Part shown: positions 1 through 12,867 of the stretch, piece after piece
Layout of the letters: every line of letters begins with the position of its first letter
Position numbering within the stretch: the stretch's first letter is position 1
The notes under the pieces: generated by a model
Databases searched by the model: none
Told to the model about the DNA's origin: nothing
What the model saw: the letters and a program-made list of their open reading frames with translations, nothing else
Origin: Cyanophora paradoxa CCMP329
Taxonomy: Eukaryota > Plantae > Glaucophyta
NCBI GenBank assembly: GCA_004431415.1
Contig: QPMI01000562.1
Location: 62,001-126,000, forward strand
DNA length: 64,000 nt
Direction of reading: 5' to 3'
Program-made: the position numbers and the translations under genes

Positions 1-545
1 CCCCCGCCACTTTGTCCGGCTTCACGCCCAGCAGAGTCTGATCATGCAACCTTGGATGAGAAGGGTCCAACGATCGAGCACACGGGCCCGCGGGGGGATG
101 CGCACCTCGGTGTTTTTGGAGATCTGTTGGACGACCAGGTCGGACTCCCTCAGCACGGCCAGCACACAGAAGGACTGCACGAGTCTAGACGGTGGAAAGA
201 GCGTCAGTCGCATCGATGCGCACGGACCGCATGCCGCTGCCTAATCAACATTCATGCGCATAGATACAGATCGCTATGGTGAAGGCCCCTGGCGCGGGCG
301 CACTGTGCAGTCATCATCTCGGCCTCCTGCGTTCAGTATGGTCAGCAACAGACACAGTTAAGAGTAAGCTCAATGCGCACAGCGTGCTCGCTCTCGGTGT
401 GGGCGGTAGCTTTGATAGCCTGCATGGACATGGTCTCGGTGGACCCCTGAGGAAGCTTACTGTCGCCGCCGGGTTTGTCGTTAGTGGTCTGGCCTGCAGA
501 GCCTGATGAGCCACCCTCGCCCGCTTGGCTTGGAGCACAGCCCAT
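1..545 (-). CDS. 5' exons of a phytochrome-like photoreceptor (N-terminal extension plus start of the PAS domain); runs off the window start
   Basis: Exon 1 reads MGCAPSQ...TESEHA. Splicing short GT-AG introns gives EAEMMTAQ..QRH..LVQSFCVLAVLRESDLVVQQISKNTE..LHDQTLLG, which resembles the phytochrome PAS_2 start (IQPFG/IQPHG-xLLxxxExxLxxxxxSxN). Exon joins are inferred by eye. Confidence 0.6.
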
Positions 546-1805
546 GTTGTTCGGATTGCAGCTGATATCTCGACTCGGCGATAGATTTAGACTGATAGTT
601 CACTGCCGCAGCGGTTGTGCGCTTAAATACGCGGCGCACTGCCGCCGAACCGCTGCTGGGAGTTACTAAGAACAGCTGCGCAGCGAGCTCAAGTAACGCC
701 CAGGCGAAACCGGGCCGCTCGCCGCAGCTAGCCTGACTACAGCGCTCCTCCGGGATCGTGCGATTTTAGCGAAGGCGGCGCTTCCTTCGGCGCCTCCGCA
801 GCAGCTGCAGCAACAACCTGCAAGCTTAGGACAGAGGCTCTCAAGAAAGCCTCTCTCCGCTCCCGCCTGGGTACAGTGGATTCTTCCTTCGCGCTGATTG
901 GTCAGAACTTCTTTCTTGTCCGCGTCGAATCGAGCTCTCGAAACGCCAAACGGCCATGCGGCCGCGGCATGAGCGGCTGATGAGCCGCATGACTGATCAT
1001 GACGCCGCTGCACTGCGGCAGCCTGCAGGCTGCAGCCCGGCGGCCGCCGCGGCGCGCGAGTCACGCTGGCATCATCAATTCATCATGCCATCATGCCGAC
1101 TCGAGCTCGAGCTCATTAAATATTGCCAACGATATCGATGGATATATATATATTTCCTGCTTTAATTTACATGTACATTATATATATACACGAACCATAT
1201 ATATACATCTAAAAGCCTTGAAGTTTTTAACATTAAACATTATATTAAAAACGGACACGCGTACGCGGTCGACTTCGAATTCGCCGTCACTTCGGGAATC
1301 GGGCCCGGACCCGTTCCGACTCTTCGGAGTCTCTTCCGAGCCGTTAACGTTCGGCACCATCATGCCACTATGGCCATCGGCACGTCACCCGTCACTGAAT
1401 CACGTGCAATGCATATATATATGGTGCTGCAGTGCAGCTGCACTGGGGCACCGCGGACCGCGGTCCGCGGCTGCCACCGCCGCGCGCAGCACCGCCGCAC
1501 CCGGCGCATGCGCACCGGTACCGGACCACAGCTCGCCCCCCCCCCCCCCCCGCCCCCCTCCCCTCCACCCCCTGGGCGCCCTGCCCTCCCCCCTTCCCCC
1601 CTCCCCTCTTCGGAACTCAGCGCCCCCCCCCCCCCCCCCCCCCCCCCCCGCGGCCGGCGGGCTGGCGCTGGCCCCGGGCCCGTCGCCCCGCAGCTGAACC
1701 TCTGAGATTGACAAGAACGCCCGAGGCTCTGAAAGCGATTCACGGCTCGTGGAGTCGCGGCTCGTCGGGGGAGAGAGCCTGATGTCGAGGCCTAGATGTC
1801 GGGGC

Positions 1806-4762
1806 CTAGATGTCGAGGACACGGTTGGGCCCTGCGGCGAGGAGGACGTGGGTGGTGGCCCAGCCCTTGGCCTCGAGCTGCCGGGCGAAGTCCCCGAAGG
1901 ACTGCGCGGGGCGGTCGGGGGCCGGGGGCGGGAGGGCGGGGCGGGGCGGGGCGGGGCAGGGCGTGGGGGACCTGCATGGTGTAGGCGTGGGACTCGCGGA
2001 GGAGGGCGTCGACCTCGGCGTCGTCCTTGGGGCCGTGCCCGTGCCCCCGCACCAGGTTCGACAGCACCTGCGCCTGGAAGTAGCCCTGCGCCCCGGCCCC
2101 TCAGCCCCGCCCCGCCCCGCCCCGCCCCGCCCCGCCCCGCGCGGCGCCGGCGCGCCTTGAGCAAGTCGCTGCTGGAGGCCTTCTCTCTGAACGCGACGTA
2201 GACCTGCGCCCGGCAGGCCGGCCGGCCCGAGGCCGTCAGGCGGGGCGCGGGGCACTGGGGCGCGCAGGCCGGCGCGGCGGCGGCGGGGCGCGCTTTGCCG
2301 CCGCGGAAGTTGAGGAGGTAGTTCTCGTTGCCGTAGAGGGAGCGCACGTGCTCCAGCTCCCCCGCGTCCCGCACGCACCTGCGCCGGCCCCCTCCGTCGG
2401 CCCCGGGCCCCAGCGCCGGCGGGCCGGGCGGAAGCCGGCGGGGCGGACTCGGAGATGCGGGCGCCGAGGTGGATGGGGATGCGCTCGACCGGGGGCGGCA
2501 GGAAGGGCGGCGAGAAGACGCGCTCCCGCGCGTTGATCACCGCCGGCTCCTCCACCTGCCCCCGCCCCTCAGCGCGGGACGGGCCCGCCGGCCCCCCGAC
2601 CCCCGCACCTTCTTCTCCTTGAGGTACTCGTCGACCAGCAGCGCCGTGCGCTGGCGGAAAGGGCTCAGAGAGGGGAGGGGGCGGTGCGGGGGGCGGTGGC
2701 GGGGCGGGGGACCTGGCGGTTGAGCTGGGAGAGGACGACGGCGCGGTAGCTCTGGAGGTTCGCGAAGAGGTGCACCGCCGCCACCAGCCTGCCCGGGGGC
2801 GAGGGGGAGGGGCGTGAGGCCCCGAGAGGAGGAGGGAGGAGGGGCCGAGGCCGCCCCCGGCGCGCACGAGAAGAGCGAGAGGCGGAGCGCCGTGTTCTCC
2901 CGCACGGACGACGTCGCGTAGATCCCCGCGCTCATCCCGACTGCGCCCGCCGCCGCCCGGTCGGCGGGGGCGCGGGGGGAGGCGGGCGGGCGTGGGGCGG
3001 GGGCGCGGGGCGCGCACTGAGCTTGCAGGACATGACCTGGGCCTCGCCCTTGGCGGTGATGTCCCCGAGGTTCTCCCGCTTCGCGAAGCTCTGCCCCCGC
3101 CGGCCCCGCCGTCAGCGCCGCAGCGCAGCTCAGCGGCGGGGCCGGCGGGCGGGCCTTGTAGAAGCAGTTGCGGGTGGCGGACTGCGTCATGCCGGCCACC
3201 GACTTGGCCGCGTTGGCGAAGGACGCCATCACTGCGCTCCACCGGCTCGGGCCCGGCGGGGGACGGGGCGGGGCGGGGCGGGGCGGACGGAGGAACTGGT
3301 TGGGGACGATGGGGGCCATGACCTCGAAGGCCATGCCGATGTCCTCCAGGAAGTCCGCCGCCATCCGCCACCTGCGGGGGGGGGCCCGTCGGCCCCGAGG
3401 CGAGGCGAGCCGCACGCGCCGGAGCGCGCGCACCGCTTCGGGTCGTCGTCGAAGCGCTTCCCGAAGCGCGAGCCGAAGAGCACCTTCGTGAAGTACCCTG
3501 CCCGCCCCCCGGGGGGTACGGCGTCAGAGGCGCTGGGCGGAGGACGGCGCGCCCCGCGCCCGGGCCGCACCGACGCCGTCCTTCAGCACCCAGTTGATCT
3601 GCGCGGGGGAGGGTTGGTCGGGCGAGGGGGGGCGGGGGGTGCGGGCGGGGAGGGCGCACGGCCTGGGCGGTGGGGATGGCGCCCTTGCCGAGACCGACGG
3701 CGTAGAGCAGCGACTGGGAGGACATCGTCATAAGGAACGAGCTCGCCACGTTCTGCACCGAGCGCCTGCCGCCCCGCCCCGTCAGCGGGGCGCGCCGCGG
3801 CGGTGCGAGGGCGCGCAGGGGCCCCCGCACCACTTGCAGAAGTTGATGTAGTCGGGCTGTGCGGGGGGGGCGTGCAGGAGAGGGGGGTTCAGCGCTCGGG
3901 ACGTGAGCAGGCGGGGCGGGGTGGGCTCTTGCGCGCACCGTGACCGAGTCCGGGTAGCCCTCCGGGAGGAAGAGGCTCTGCAGGAAGCCGATGGCCTTCT
4001 GCAGCGGCGGGCGGGAGTCCCGGTCCTTCATAGACACGAGCTTGCCCGACGGATCCACGAAATACTGCGGAGAGGGCGCCCGGGAGGTCCGCGTCGGTCC
4101 CCGCACGCACCCGGTGGGGGCTAGCTGCGCAGATGCGGCGGCCGCACCTCGCGCGTCTTCGAGTCGCAGACCTCGTGGATGGTCTTCACTTTCGTCGCTG
4201 CGTCCGCGGCGGCCTCCTTGACCGCATCCTTGGCCGCCACAGCATCCTCGGCGACCGCGGGGCCGGCGAGGATGACCGCGGCGACGAGCGCGGCGGCTGC
4301 CGAGGGTCCCAGCGAGCTCACGAGACGGCCCCAGAAGCCGCCGTCCGCCTCGCCCTCCTCGGGCTCCCGCTCCTCGCCGCGATCGCTCGAGTCGTCATCC
4401 GGGCGGTCGGGCTCCTCGCATGTCCGCCTGCGGGGCGGGCGGCCATTTCCGCTGCCGCCGCTGCCTCCACCGACGATGACGGAGCTTGCCGGACGCCTGC
4501 TGGCGGCAGGGCCGGCGTTCTCGAACCGCGCGAGCGGATGCCGGGCCGGGCCGCGCTTCTGGGACTCGGCGGAGCTACGGATGCTTGCCGAGGCGCTCGC
4601 CCGACTCGAAACGAGGAACGTGCGCTGCTTCGGGGCAGAAGGCCGCCGGCCGGAAGACTTGTCCACAATGGGGCTCACGAGGGCCGCGGACGGGCCCGGA
4701 ATAACGCGACCGCCATCAATCGCCTCGCCGCGAACGGCAAAGCAGCCCCCAACGAACGCCAT
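1806..4762 (-). CDS. ROOT UVB SENSITIVE (RUS/DUF647) family protein, multi-exon, probable plastid transit peptide
   Basis: Exon peptides FLPEGYPDSVT, MSSQSLLYAVGLG, RFDDDPKRWRMAADFLEDIG and SFAKRENLGDITAKGEAQ match the DUF647 motifs. Start MAFVGG at 4762; stop after GPNRVLDI. Confidence 0.9.
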
Positions 4763-4797
4763 GAATGTGGTCGGAGCAAAGAACGTGTACCCAGGAA

Positions 4798-5920
4798 ATG
4801 AGCGGGCCTCAGCTCCTGGAGCCCGTGCGCCTTCTTTACTATGCAGCGCGGGGCAGCGCGGACATGGTGCGCTTCCTGCGTGCCCGCCCGCAGCCCCGCA
4901 TCCCCGCAGCCGACCGCTCCACAATAGGTCCGGATGCTGCTGCGCGAGGCGGGCCTGCCGTACGTGGACGACATCCTCACAGCGAAGCGGGTGTCGCGCT
5001 TCCTCGTCGTCCCGCTGTCCGCGTGCACTCGCTGCAACGCGTTTCGCAGCTCAAAGAGCTCACACGGGAGGGCGAGATTCCGTTTGGGGCGATCCCGATG
5101 CTGACCATGAAGACCGACAAGAGCTCAGTGCGGGTCGGGCACGCGCCCTGTGCGTCTTGCATGCGCAGGGCGCTTAAGCTTTAGCTTGCACGCGCCGTGC
5201 GCGTATCCGTGGCCCATCTAGCGTCAATGCCGCGGCCAGCGATCATGCGCTTCCTTGCGCGCTCAACGGGCTTCTACGGCGAGAATCTGGAGGAGAGCAC
5301 AGAGATCGACCAGTGGGCCGACGAAGGTCGGCGCTATGCGCACCACTGGCGCTATGCGCACCACTTGCGCTAGCGCTGACTACGCTTCGAATTCCTCAGC
5401 CTTCGAGCTCATCAACGAGTACTGGTCGGCGGACTTCCATGACGCGGAGGTGAGAAGCTGCGCGGACCGCACCCGGCGGCCCTCGAGTGCCGCGCAGGGG
5501 CTCTCCGACCTCGCCCTCGCCGAGGCCAAGTCCAAGTTCCTCGCGAAGCGCCTGCGCCCCCGGCTCGAGGCCATCGCCCTCGCCTACAGCATGCGCCGGT
5601 GATCAGCTCCCGAGCGCTGGACTCCAGCCGGCCCTTCCGAGCTCACGCCGCAGGCCGCCGCCGGGGGCGCCGGCCGACTCGCCCTTCGTCGTGGGGGCCG
5701 CCCTCTCCTACGCCGATGTAACCCTCTTCTCCGTCCTCGACGCCATCTCCAAGGAGGCCCGCGCCGATTTGATCTCGAATTCGATCCCGCGTTCGACTCG
5801 CGCGCGCGCGCGCAGCTGCCGATGGCGGTGCCGCTGTACCCGGGGCTGCAGGCCTTCTGCGCAGCGATGCGGGAGCGGCCGCGCATCAACGCCTTCCTCG
5901 ACTCCCCCGACCGCTACTGA
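4798..5920 (+). CDS. Glutathione S-transferase, multi-exon
   Basis: RLLYYAARGSADMVRFL, GEIPFGAIPML, FVVGAALSYADVTLFSVLD and YPGLQAFCAAMRERPRINAFLDS are GST N- and C-domain signatures. Confidence 0.9.
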
Positions 5921-6221
5921 CCCCGCCGCCCGGGGCCCCGCGGCGGGGGCGAGCTTTCATTGCGATGTGCTCGAGGAGTGCGTTCGGGTGCGGTCGCTGC
6001 CGGCTAAGCCCTGGCTTAAGCTTCAAGCAATATTCATGATCAGCTTCTAGAGCCCGCTTGAGCGTCGCGTATATTCCTGCTAGAGGCCCAGGCAGTGACG
6101 AATGCAGGGTATGAACATTTGGGATGATGATCGAGCGGGCGCGGCGCTGGAGAGCCGGCGCCGGCGCGGGGCGGAGCGCCGGCGATCGCTCGCGCAGCCT
6201 ACTAGGCTGGGGCGGGGCGCG

Positions 6222-7128
6222 TCACTTGCAGTCGGCGAGGGTCCAGAGCGGGGCGGGGGCGGGAGCCGTGGCCGGGACGAGCCGCGAGGCGTCGAAGCGC
6301 GGGCACGTGCGGCCGTCCAGCGTCACCAGCGGGGTGTACAGGTCGGGCCGCCGGTCCCTGCCCCGCCCCTGAGCCAGGCGGCGCGGCGCGCGAGGGGGGT
6401 ACGGCACACCGGAAGACGCCCCAGGAGAGGCGCTGGAGCTTGACGGCGTCGAGGTCGAACGTCGCGACCTTCACGCACTCCTCCTCCTTGTTCGCCTGCG
6501 GGGGAGGATCAGGGGGGTACGGGGCAGAAGGGAAGGCGGGGGGTACGGCGCGCCTCGACGACCTTCTCGCCGGTAGGGCCGGCGATGAAGGAGGAGCCGT
6601 AGAACTTGATGAAGGACTGGTCGAACGTCTCCGTGCCCACGCGGTTCGAGGCCACCAGGGGTACGAGGTTCGCCTGCGCGGGCGTCGGCCCCCGGCCCCG
6701 GCGAGGGCGGACGCGGGTGCGGCGTACCCCCGCGTGGCCCTGCATGACGCGCTGCCAGTGGTCCGCGGAGTCGACGGGGGGCGCCGGGGGCGGCTCCGAC
6801 CCGATCGCCGTCGGGTAGCTGGGCGCAGTGCGTCAGGGGGACCGCGGCGCGGGGCGGGGGGTACGCGCGCGCACAAGAGAATCTCGGCGCCCTGGAGGAC
6901 CATGGCGCGGGCGCACTCCGGGAACCACTGCGGGAGGGTGCGTGAGAGGGGGTACGGGAAAGCGGCGGCGGCCAAATGCGAGGGCGCGCCTGGTCCCAGC
7001 AGATACCGACGCCGACGGCGCCGTACTTCGTGTGGAAGACCTTGAAGCCGGTGTCGCCGGGGTTGAAGTAGACTGGCGTGCGCGTCGAACGGGCTCGCGG
7101 GGCCGGGCGCGGGGCGGCGGGCGCGTAC

Positions 7129-7162
<34 letters not shown>

Positions 7163-7641
7163 CGACTTGCGGTAGATGCCGAGGCATGTGCCGTCGGCGT
7201 CGATGACGACGACGGAGTTGTAGTGCGCCGTCTCCGTGCTCTCGAAGAAACTGATCGGGAGGACGACCTTCAGCTCGGCCGCCAGGCGCGTGAAGCGCGC
7301 CAGCGTCGGGTTCTTCGGGCTGCAGGGGCGCGCCTCCGCGAAGTACGTCGCCTGCATACGCGGTCGGCTGCCCGGCGCGGTGCGCGGGCCGCCGCAGGAT
7401 CGCGAGGCGGGCGGGCACCTTCTGCTCCTGGCAGAAGTACGGCGTTTCGAAGAGCTCCTGCAGAAGAATGATATTCGCGCCCTTTGCCGCCGCCTCACTG
7501 CGCCGCGGCTCGGCAACGCAGAGCGCCGCATTGGGAAGGCGGCGCTCCGCACCGCACGAGGCGCTCGGCTTTGGCCACGTTCCCCTCCCTGTCCCACGTG
7601 CAGGACATCTGCGTGAGCGCCAGAGTGACGTTCCGCACCAT
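6222..7641 (-). CDS. aguB: N-carbamoylputrescine amidase (nitrilase/CN-hydrolase family), multi-exon
   Basis: Catalytic E-K-C motifs LQELFETPYFCQ, YRKSHIPDGPGYQEK and GICWDQWFPE; also YPTAIGSEP, MQGHA, FYGSSFIAGPTG and RDRRPDLY. Confidence 0.93.
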
Positions 7642-7888
7642 CGCAGCGGCTGGAGCTGATCTGATGCTGTTCGATCGCGCGCGCGGTGCTCGCGGCGGCG
7701 GCTGGCGACCCTGCCCGGTCTGCTTGAGAACGATCGCTGGCTAGGCGTGTCCCGAGGGCGAACTTGACGCCTGCTTATTCCCCTACCCCCTTTCTTCCAA
7801 CTTCAAGGCGACCTGCACGTCGCCGCGATCGGCCGGCGGGTCTCGGCTGCTTCCGCGCTGTCTGGTTGGCTGGTGCTGTGTCTTCCCG

Positions 7889-10346
7889 ATGGAATCCATC
7901 CCCGACGACGTGCTCGCGCACGCGCTGAGCTTCCTGAACGCGCGGGACGCCTGTCGCGCGTCGGCCGTGAGCCGCGCGTGGCGGCGGGCGGCGCTCAGCC
8001 CAGCAGCTTGGAGCCACATCGCCCTGTGGTGCGCCGCCGCCGCCGCCGAGTCGCGCGAACGCGCAGTGCCTGACCGTCGGACGTCGCGCAGCGTGTACGA
8101 CGACGGCAGTGGCGAGGAGGGCGACGACCTTCCGAGCGAGGCGACGAGCGGCGCGAGCGAGCTCGACGGCGACGAGCTGGACGACGAGGGCGAGTGGGTC
8201 GAGGTGGAGGGGGACGAGGAGAGCGTCGGCGAGCACGAGGAGCTCGAGGGGAGCGCGCGGTCGAGCGGCGGCGGAGATCGCGCCGCCGGCGGCGGCGACG
8301 ACGAGGAGGAGGAGGAGCCGAGCGAGGCGGCGGGGGACGACGGCGGCGGCTCGGAGCAGGCGCTCGACTCGGAGGGCGCGGACGGGTTCGAGGAGGAGGA
8401 CGGGAGCAGCGACGGCGTCGGCAGCAGCGGCGCGAGCGGGTCGTACGAGGAGGCGCCCAGCGCGCGCCCCGTGCGGCCGGACTTCAGAGCGGACGCGGCG
8501 GCGCGCGCGCGCGCCCTCGGCTGCCCCGCGCTGCTCTCCGCCGCCGCCGCCGAGCTGCTCCGCCTCCCCCGCTTCTCCGGCGTCTCCTCCCTCCAGCTGA
8601 TCCAGTTCGGGGCCGCCCCGCTGGCCCCCGTCCTGGCGGCCGCCCCGCGCGGCGTGCGCCGCCTCTCGCTCCTCTGCCGCGAGAAGAGGGACGAGGAGCG
8701 CGAGGACGACCCCGAGCCCCAGGCCCGCACCCGTACCCCCACCCCAGTTCTCCCCCTCCCCCCCCTCCACTCACGCCCCCCGCCTGCAGGATGTGATCCT
8801 GGGCGCCGGGGTCGCGGAGGCGCTGGCGGGCCTGCGGATCGAGGAGCTCGAGCTCGGCAGGTGCCGCTCCCCCGCGCGCGTGCTGGCCCCGCCGGACTCG
8901 AACCGGCGACAGGGCCTCGGGCAAGGCCGCCGTCTCCCTCGGGCCGGCGGTCGCCTCCGTGCGTACCCTCCGCGGCTGGATCAACTGCCGCAAGGCCCGT
9001 CCGGGGATGTGGGGGTACACGGCGCTCCGGGGCCCGGCTGAGCCCGGGCGCAGGGGGTGGAGGACCTGCGGGCCCTGCGCGCCGCGTACCCCCTCGTCAA
9101 GCACATCCACGGCACCCTGCAGGCGCGCCCCTCCCCTGTATCCCCTCCGTTCTTCGCCGAAGCGCGCCCCGCCAGGGCCGCCACTACGATTTCCCAAAGG
9201 AGGTACCTCTGCCCAGCCGGCGTCTCGTGTACTCCCGCTGAATTCCCCCCGCTTCGTCCTCAGGTAGCGGGCCCCGGACCGACCGCCGACCGCCTCTCGC
9301 TCGTGCTCGTGGGTCCGCGCGCGCGCACCGCCCCCGCCCCCGCCCCCGCGCCCGGGCCCCGATGCCGGGGGTGCCGTTTGATGGTGTGCGGCGCAGACGA
9401 CCGGGAGGAGGCGGACTGCGACATCGTGCCGGCCGCGCTGCGCGCCTGCGTCGCCGCCGGCATGAGCGACTTCGAGGTGGGGCCCTGGAGGGCCGGGCCC
9501 CCTCCCACTCCGCCCCGCTCGACGGGAGCCCCGCAGATCCTCATGGACTTCTGGCTCTCGAGCCTGGGTGACTCCCTCGCGGGGTGCGCGCGTGCCCCCC
9601 CCACGAATTCCTCCGGTACCCCTCCCGAGCCGCCGCGCGCGCCGGCAGGATCAAGGCCCTCACGATCCTGTTCGCGGAATCGGAGCCTGAGAACTTCATC
9701 GAGTGGCTCTCGGAGGGTGCGTGCCCCCGTTCGGGCCGAGCCGCAGCGCGCCCCAGCCGACGCATGCTGCGGGGGCAGGCTCGAAGCTCGCGGGGACCCT
9801 CGAGTACTTCAGCTTCGACATGGACGCGTTCCTGGACGAGTGGGCACCCCCGGCCCGCGCCGTTCGCCAGGCTTCCTTGCACGCCGGCTGACCCCCGCCC
9901 GCCCCTCAGCCTGCCCCCGGGCGAGCTGCTCAAGGCCCTGGCCCGCTTCCCCCGCCTCGCCACCCTCGAAGTCCGCCGCCGCTGACGCGCCGCGTTCTCG
10001 GCCCGGGCGCCCGGCCTCACGCCGCCTGGTGCAGGTCTGCCGGCCACCGGTCTGCTTCAACCGCTCGGCGGCGCGGCACTGGTCGCGCTTCTTCTCGTCG
10101 CTGCCTGGGGCGTGCCCCGGCCTGCTGCACCTGGAGCCCGAGGACGGGGCGGACTGGGACCGCACGGAGCCGTGGCGGCGGCGGGCGCGGCCTCACTGGC
10201 AGAGGGAGTGCGCGGCGGCCTTCGCCGCTGCGCAGGGCGCCCTCGCGCGGCGCCGCGCTCCGGCGGCGCCAGCGGCAGCCGCGGCGGCCGCCCCGTCGAC
10301 GTCGCCGCCCCTGGAGGAGGCCCTCGGCACCCTGTCCCTCTCGTAG
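7889..10346 (+). CDS. F-box protein with acidic linker and probable LRR-like C-terminus, multi-exon
   Basis: N-terminal IPDDVLAHALSFLNARDACRASAVSRAWR F-box motif, followed by Leu-rich exons separated by short introns. Confidence 0.75.
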
Positions 10347-10594
10347 CCGCTCCCTTGTTAACAGTGCACCCGATCCCTCTCGAGCCCGGAGGACGAGCAG
10401 AACTGGCGTGGAGCCAGGCGGGAGCGGCGGGAGCGAGAGGGGCGCCTAGGCAGGCGCGCGGTTCGGCCAATGAAGGCGGGGAACGAGTTCGAAGAGCACC
10501 TGTACCCCTTTGCCAGTCCAGGCTCCGGCACTGGCTTAAGCGTGCAAGCCGAGAGTTAGCAGCGCCCGCGACCGCACACAAAGGAGAGCGCCGT

Positions 10595-12867
10595 ATGGCG
10601 ACGCAGGGATCCGTGCCGGCCTCGCGGCCGAGCACGGTCCCAAGCAGGCGGATCTCGTCGGGCACAGGGCACGGCACGATTCGAGATCTCATTCCTGAGA
10701 TTAACAAGAAGTTATCAGACGTGCGCCCACCGCGTGCGACGCCCGCATGCAGCCCGTCGGGTGCCGACCAGCCCTCGAGCAGGAATACGCGACAATCAAG
10801 CGGGCGTTGCCTGGATCCAAATCGCGCGCAACCGCCGACGGCGCCTCCGGGTTCGCGGTGCCCGCCCCTTGATTCTCTTCACTCAAGGCGGCCGCAGCTC
10901 TCAGTTGGGCGACGCTTCCGGCGGCGACGTATGAACTCGTGCCTGTCTTCAACCGCGCTCTCTGTCCCTCACCCGCGCCACCGCAGCGGCCAAGCTCCTC
11001 GGGGCGCTTGGGGTCTGCTAGCAAATCACACCCGTCGTCGAGTGGGGCGGGACCGGGCGCGGGCAGCGACGACGCGGCGCACAAGTTCGCGGCGGAGAAT
11101 GGTGCGCATGCCCCGGTCGCGCCTCGCCGGCGATTTCTGACGAGACGAGCAGAGCGGTTGCGGGGAGAGGTGGAGGACGCAAGATCGGAGGCGCAGAACG
11201 CATGGCAGAGGTATCAGCAGGTCGAGAAGGTACCATCGCATGTCCTGCGCTGGCGCCGGCGCCGCGACCCGCGGCGACCCGCCGCCGCGCGCAGGCGCTG
11301 CACTCGCAGCAGGCCGACCACGCACGGTGCCTGACCGAGTACGCCCAGCACATGGAGCAGCTGAGGATCGCGCTGCACCAGTGCGCTGTGCCCCCCGGCG
11401 GTCCGCTGCGGCGGCCTCTGACGTGGCGAGCGCAGGAACGCGCTCGCGCTGCAGGAGCGGGACGCGAGGATCGCGGACTTGGAGGCGGCGGCGGCCGGCG
11501 GGGTGCGCCCTAGCGGCCGCCACTCGCCCTTCGCGCCTCGCGCCTCGCGCCTGGCCTCGCTCTTACGCGGGCTCAGGTGGCGCCGGGGGCCCCGGGCCCG
11601 CTGGACGACACGCGCATCCCGCACCTGAAGCCGCTGGACCTGCGGCCCTGCCCCGACGCCCGCATCGAGGAGGCTTCTCCCGAGGCCCAGGCCCGCCCTC
11701 CCGCCCCCCGGCCGCCCGGCCGCATCCCCCGCGCCTCACGCCGCCGCGGCAGGCCGCCATCGAGCTCCTCCAGCGCCGCACGCGGGCCTACATGGCCGCC
11801 CTCCGCGACCCCAAGCGGGCGCGCGCCGCGCCCCGCCCCCGCCCACGCCTTCCGGGGCGGCGGGCCGAGGGGCGGGGCGGGGCGGGCCGGCAGGAGCGGG
11901 AGGCGCCGTTCGTGGCGCACGAGGAGGCGGTGGCGCTGCAGGCGCAGGCGGCGGAGGGCCGCCGCGGCGAGCGCGCGGGGGCGGAGGCCGGCGGCGAGGC
12001 CGGCCCCGCCGGCGCCTTGCGCGGGCGCTACCGGATGACCGTCCTGCACGAGGACGGCCACGTCTCCTCGGCGCGCCCCGCCGCCCCGCCCCGCGCCGGC
12101 GAGACGGGCGGACGCTGAGGCCGGCGGCAGAGCCTGGAGCTGACGGGGGAGGAGCGGGAGCGGGAGAAGCAGCTGCAGGCCTTCTTCGAGGGGCAGATCA
12201 AGCAGCTCAGCGGCCAGGTGCGCCTCGCCGCCGCCGCGGGGCGCGGGGCGGGGCGGGGCTGAGGCCCGCGTGTGCGCCCCGCAGCTGCAGGCGTCGGAGG
12301 CGCGCTGCGTGCAGTTCCACGCCGAGTGCGAGCGCCTCGCCGTCTCCCTTGCCCAGGTTCGAGCCCCGCGCGGGCCCCTCCCTCCCTCCGCCGCCTGATG
12401 CCGGCCGCCCGGGTCGCGGCAGTCGCGGACGGACTGCAGCATGCTCCAGGTGAGGTACGACCAGCTGCAGCAGTCCCACGGGCAGCTCCGCGTGCGTCGG
12501 GAGCTCCCGCGCAAGGGGGATGCGCGCGCCCCGGCGCCGACCGACGCGGCGCGCGCGGGCGCGGGCGCCGGCAGGAGGAGTACGACACGACGAAGAAGAA
12601 CCTGGAGAGCCAGCTGGGGGTGCTGACGGTGCGCCGGGGGCGCCATGCCAGCCCGGGGCCCCCGCCCCGCCGCGCGCCCGATCGCGAGCGACGGGGCGCG
12701 GCGGGGGGCAGGAGCACGCGGTGGAGATGCAGGCGAAGATGGAGGGGCTCCACCGCAGCAACTCGCGCTCCCAGCTCCAGTGCCCCCGCTGCAAGGGCTC
12801 CTTCTCCGGCTCCATCACGCCCGGCCCCGGCGGGGCCCCGCTCCCCCCCGCCCCGGGGAGGCAGTAG
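10595..12867 (+). CDS. Coiled-coil protein with C-terminal CxxC, multi-exon, function unknown
   Basis: Heptad-like exons (AERLRGEVEDARSEAQNAWQRYQQ, EYDTTKKNLESQLG) separated by GT/GC-AG introns; ends QCPRCKGSF...PGRQ*. Confidence 0.65.

Noticed and set aside
1535-1650. Poly-C tracts read as Pro-rich or Gly-rich ORFs
   Set aside because: Low-complexity intergenic sequence downstream of the RUS stop; no coding evidence.
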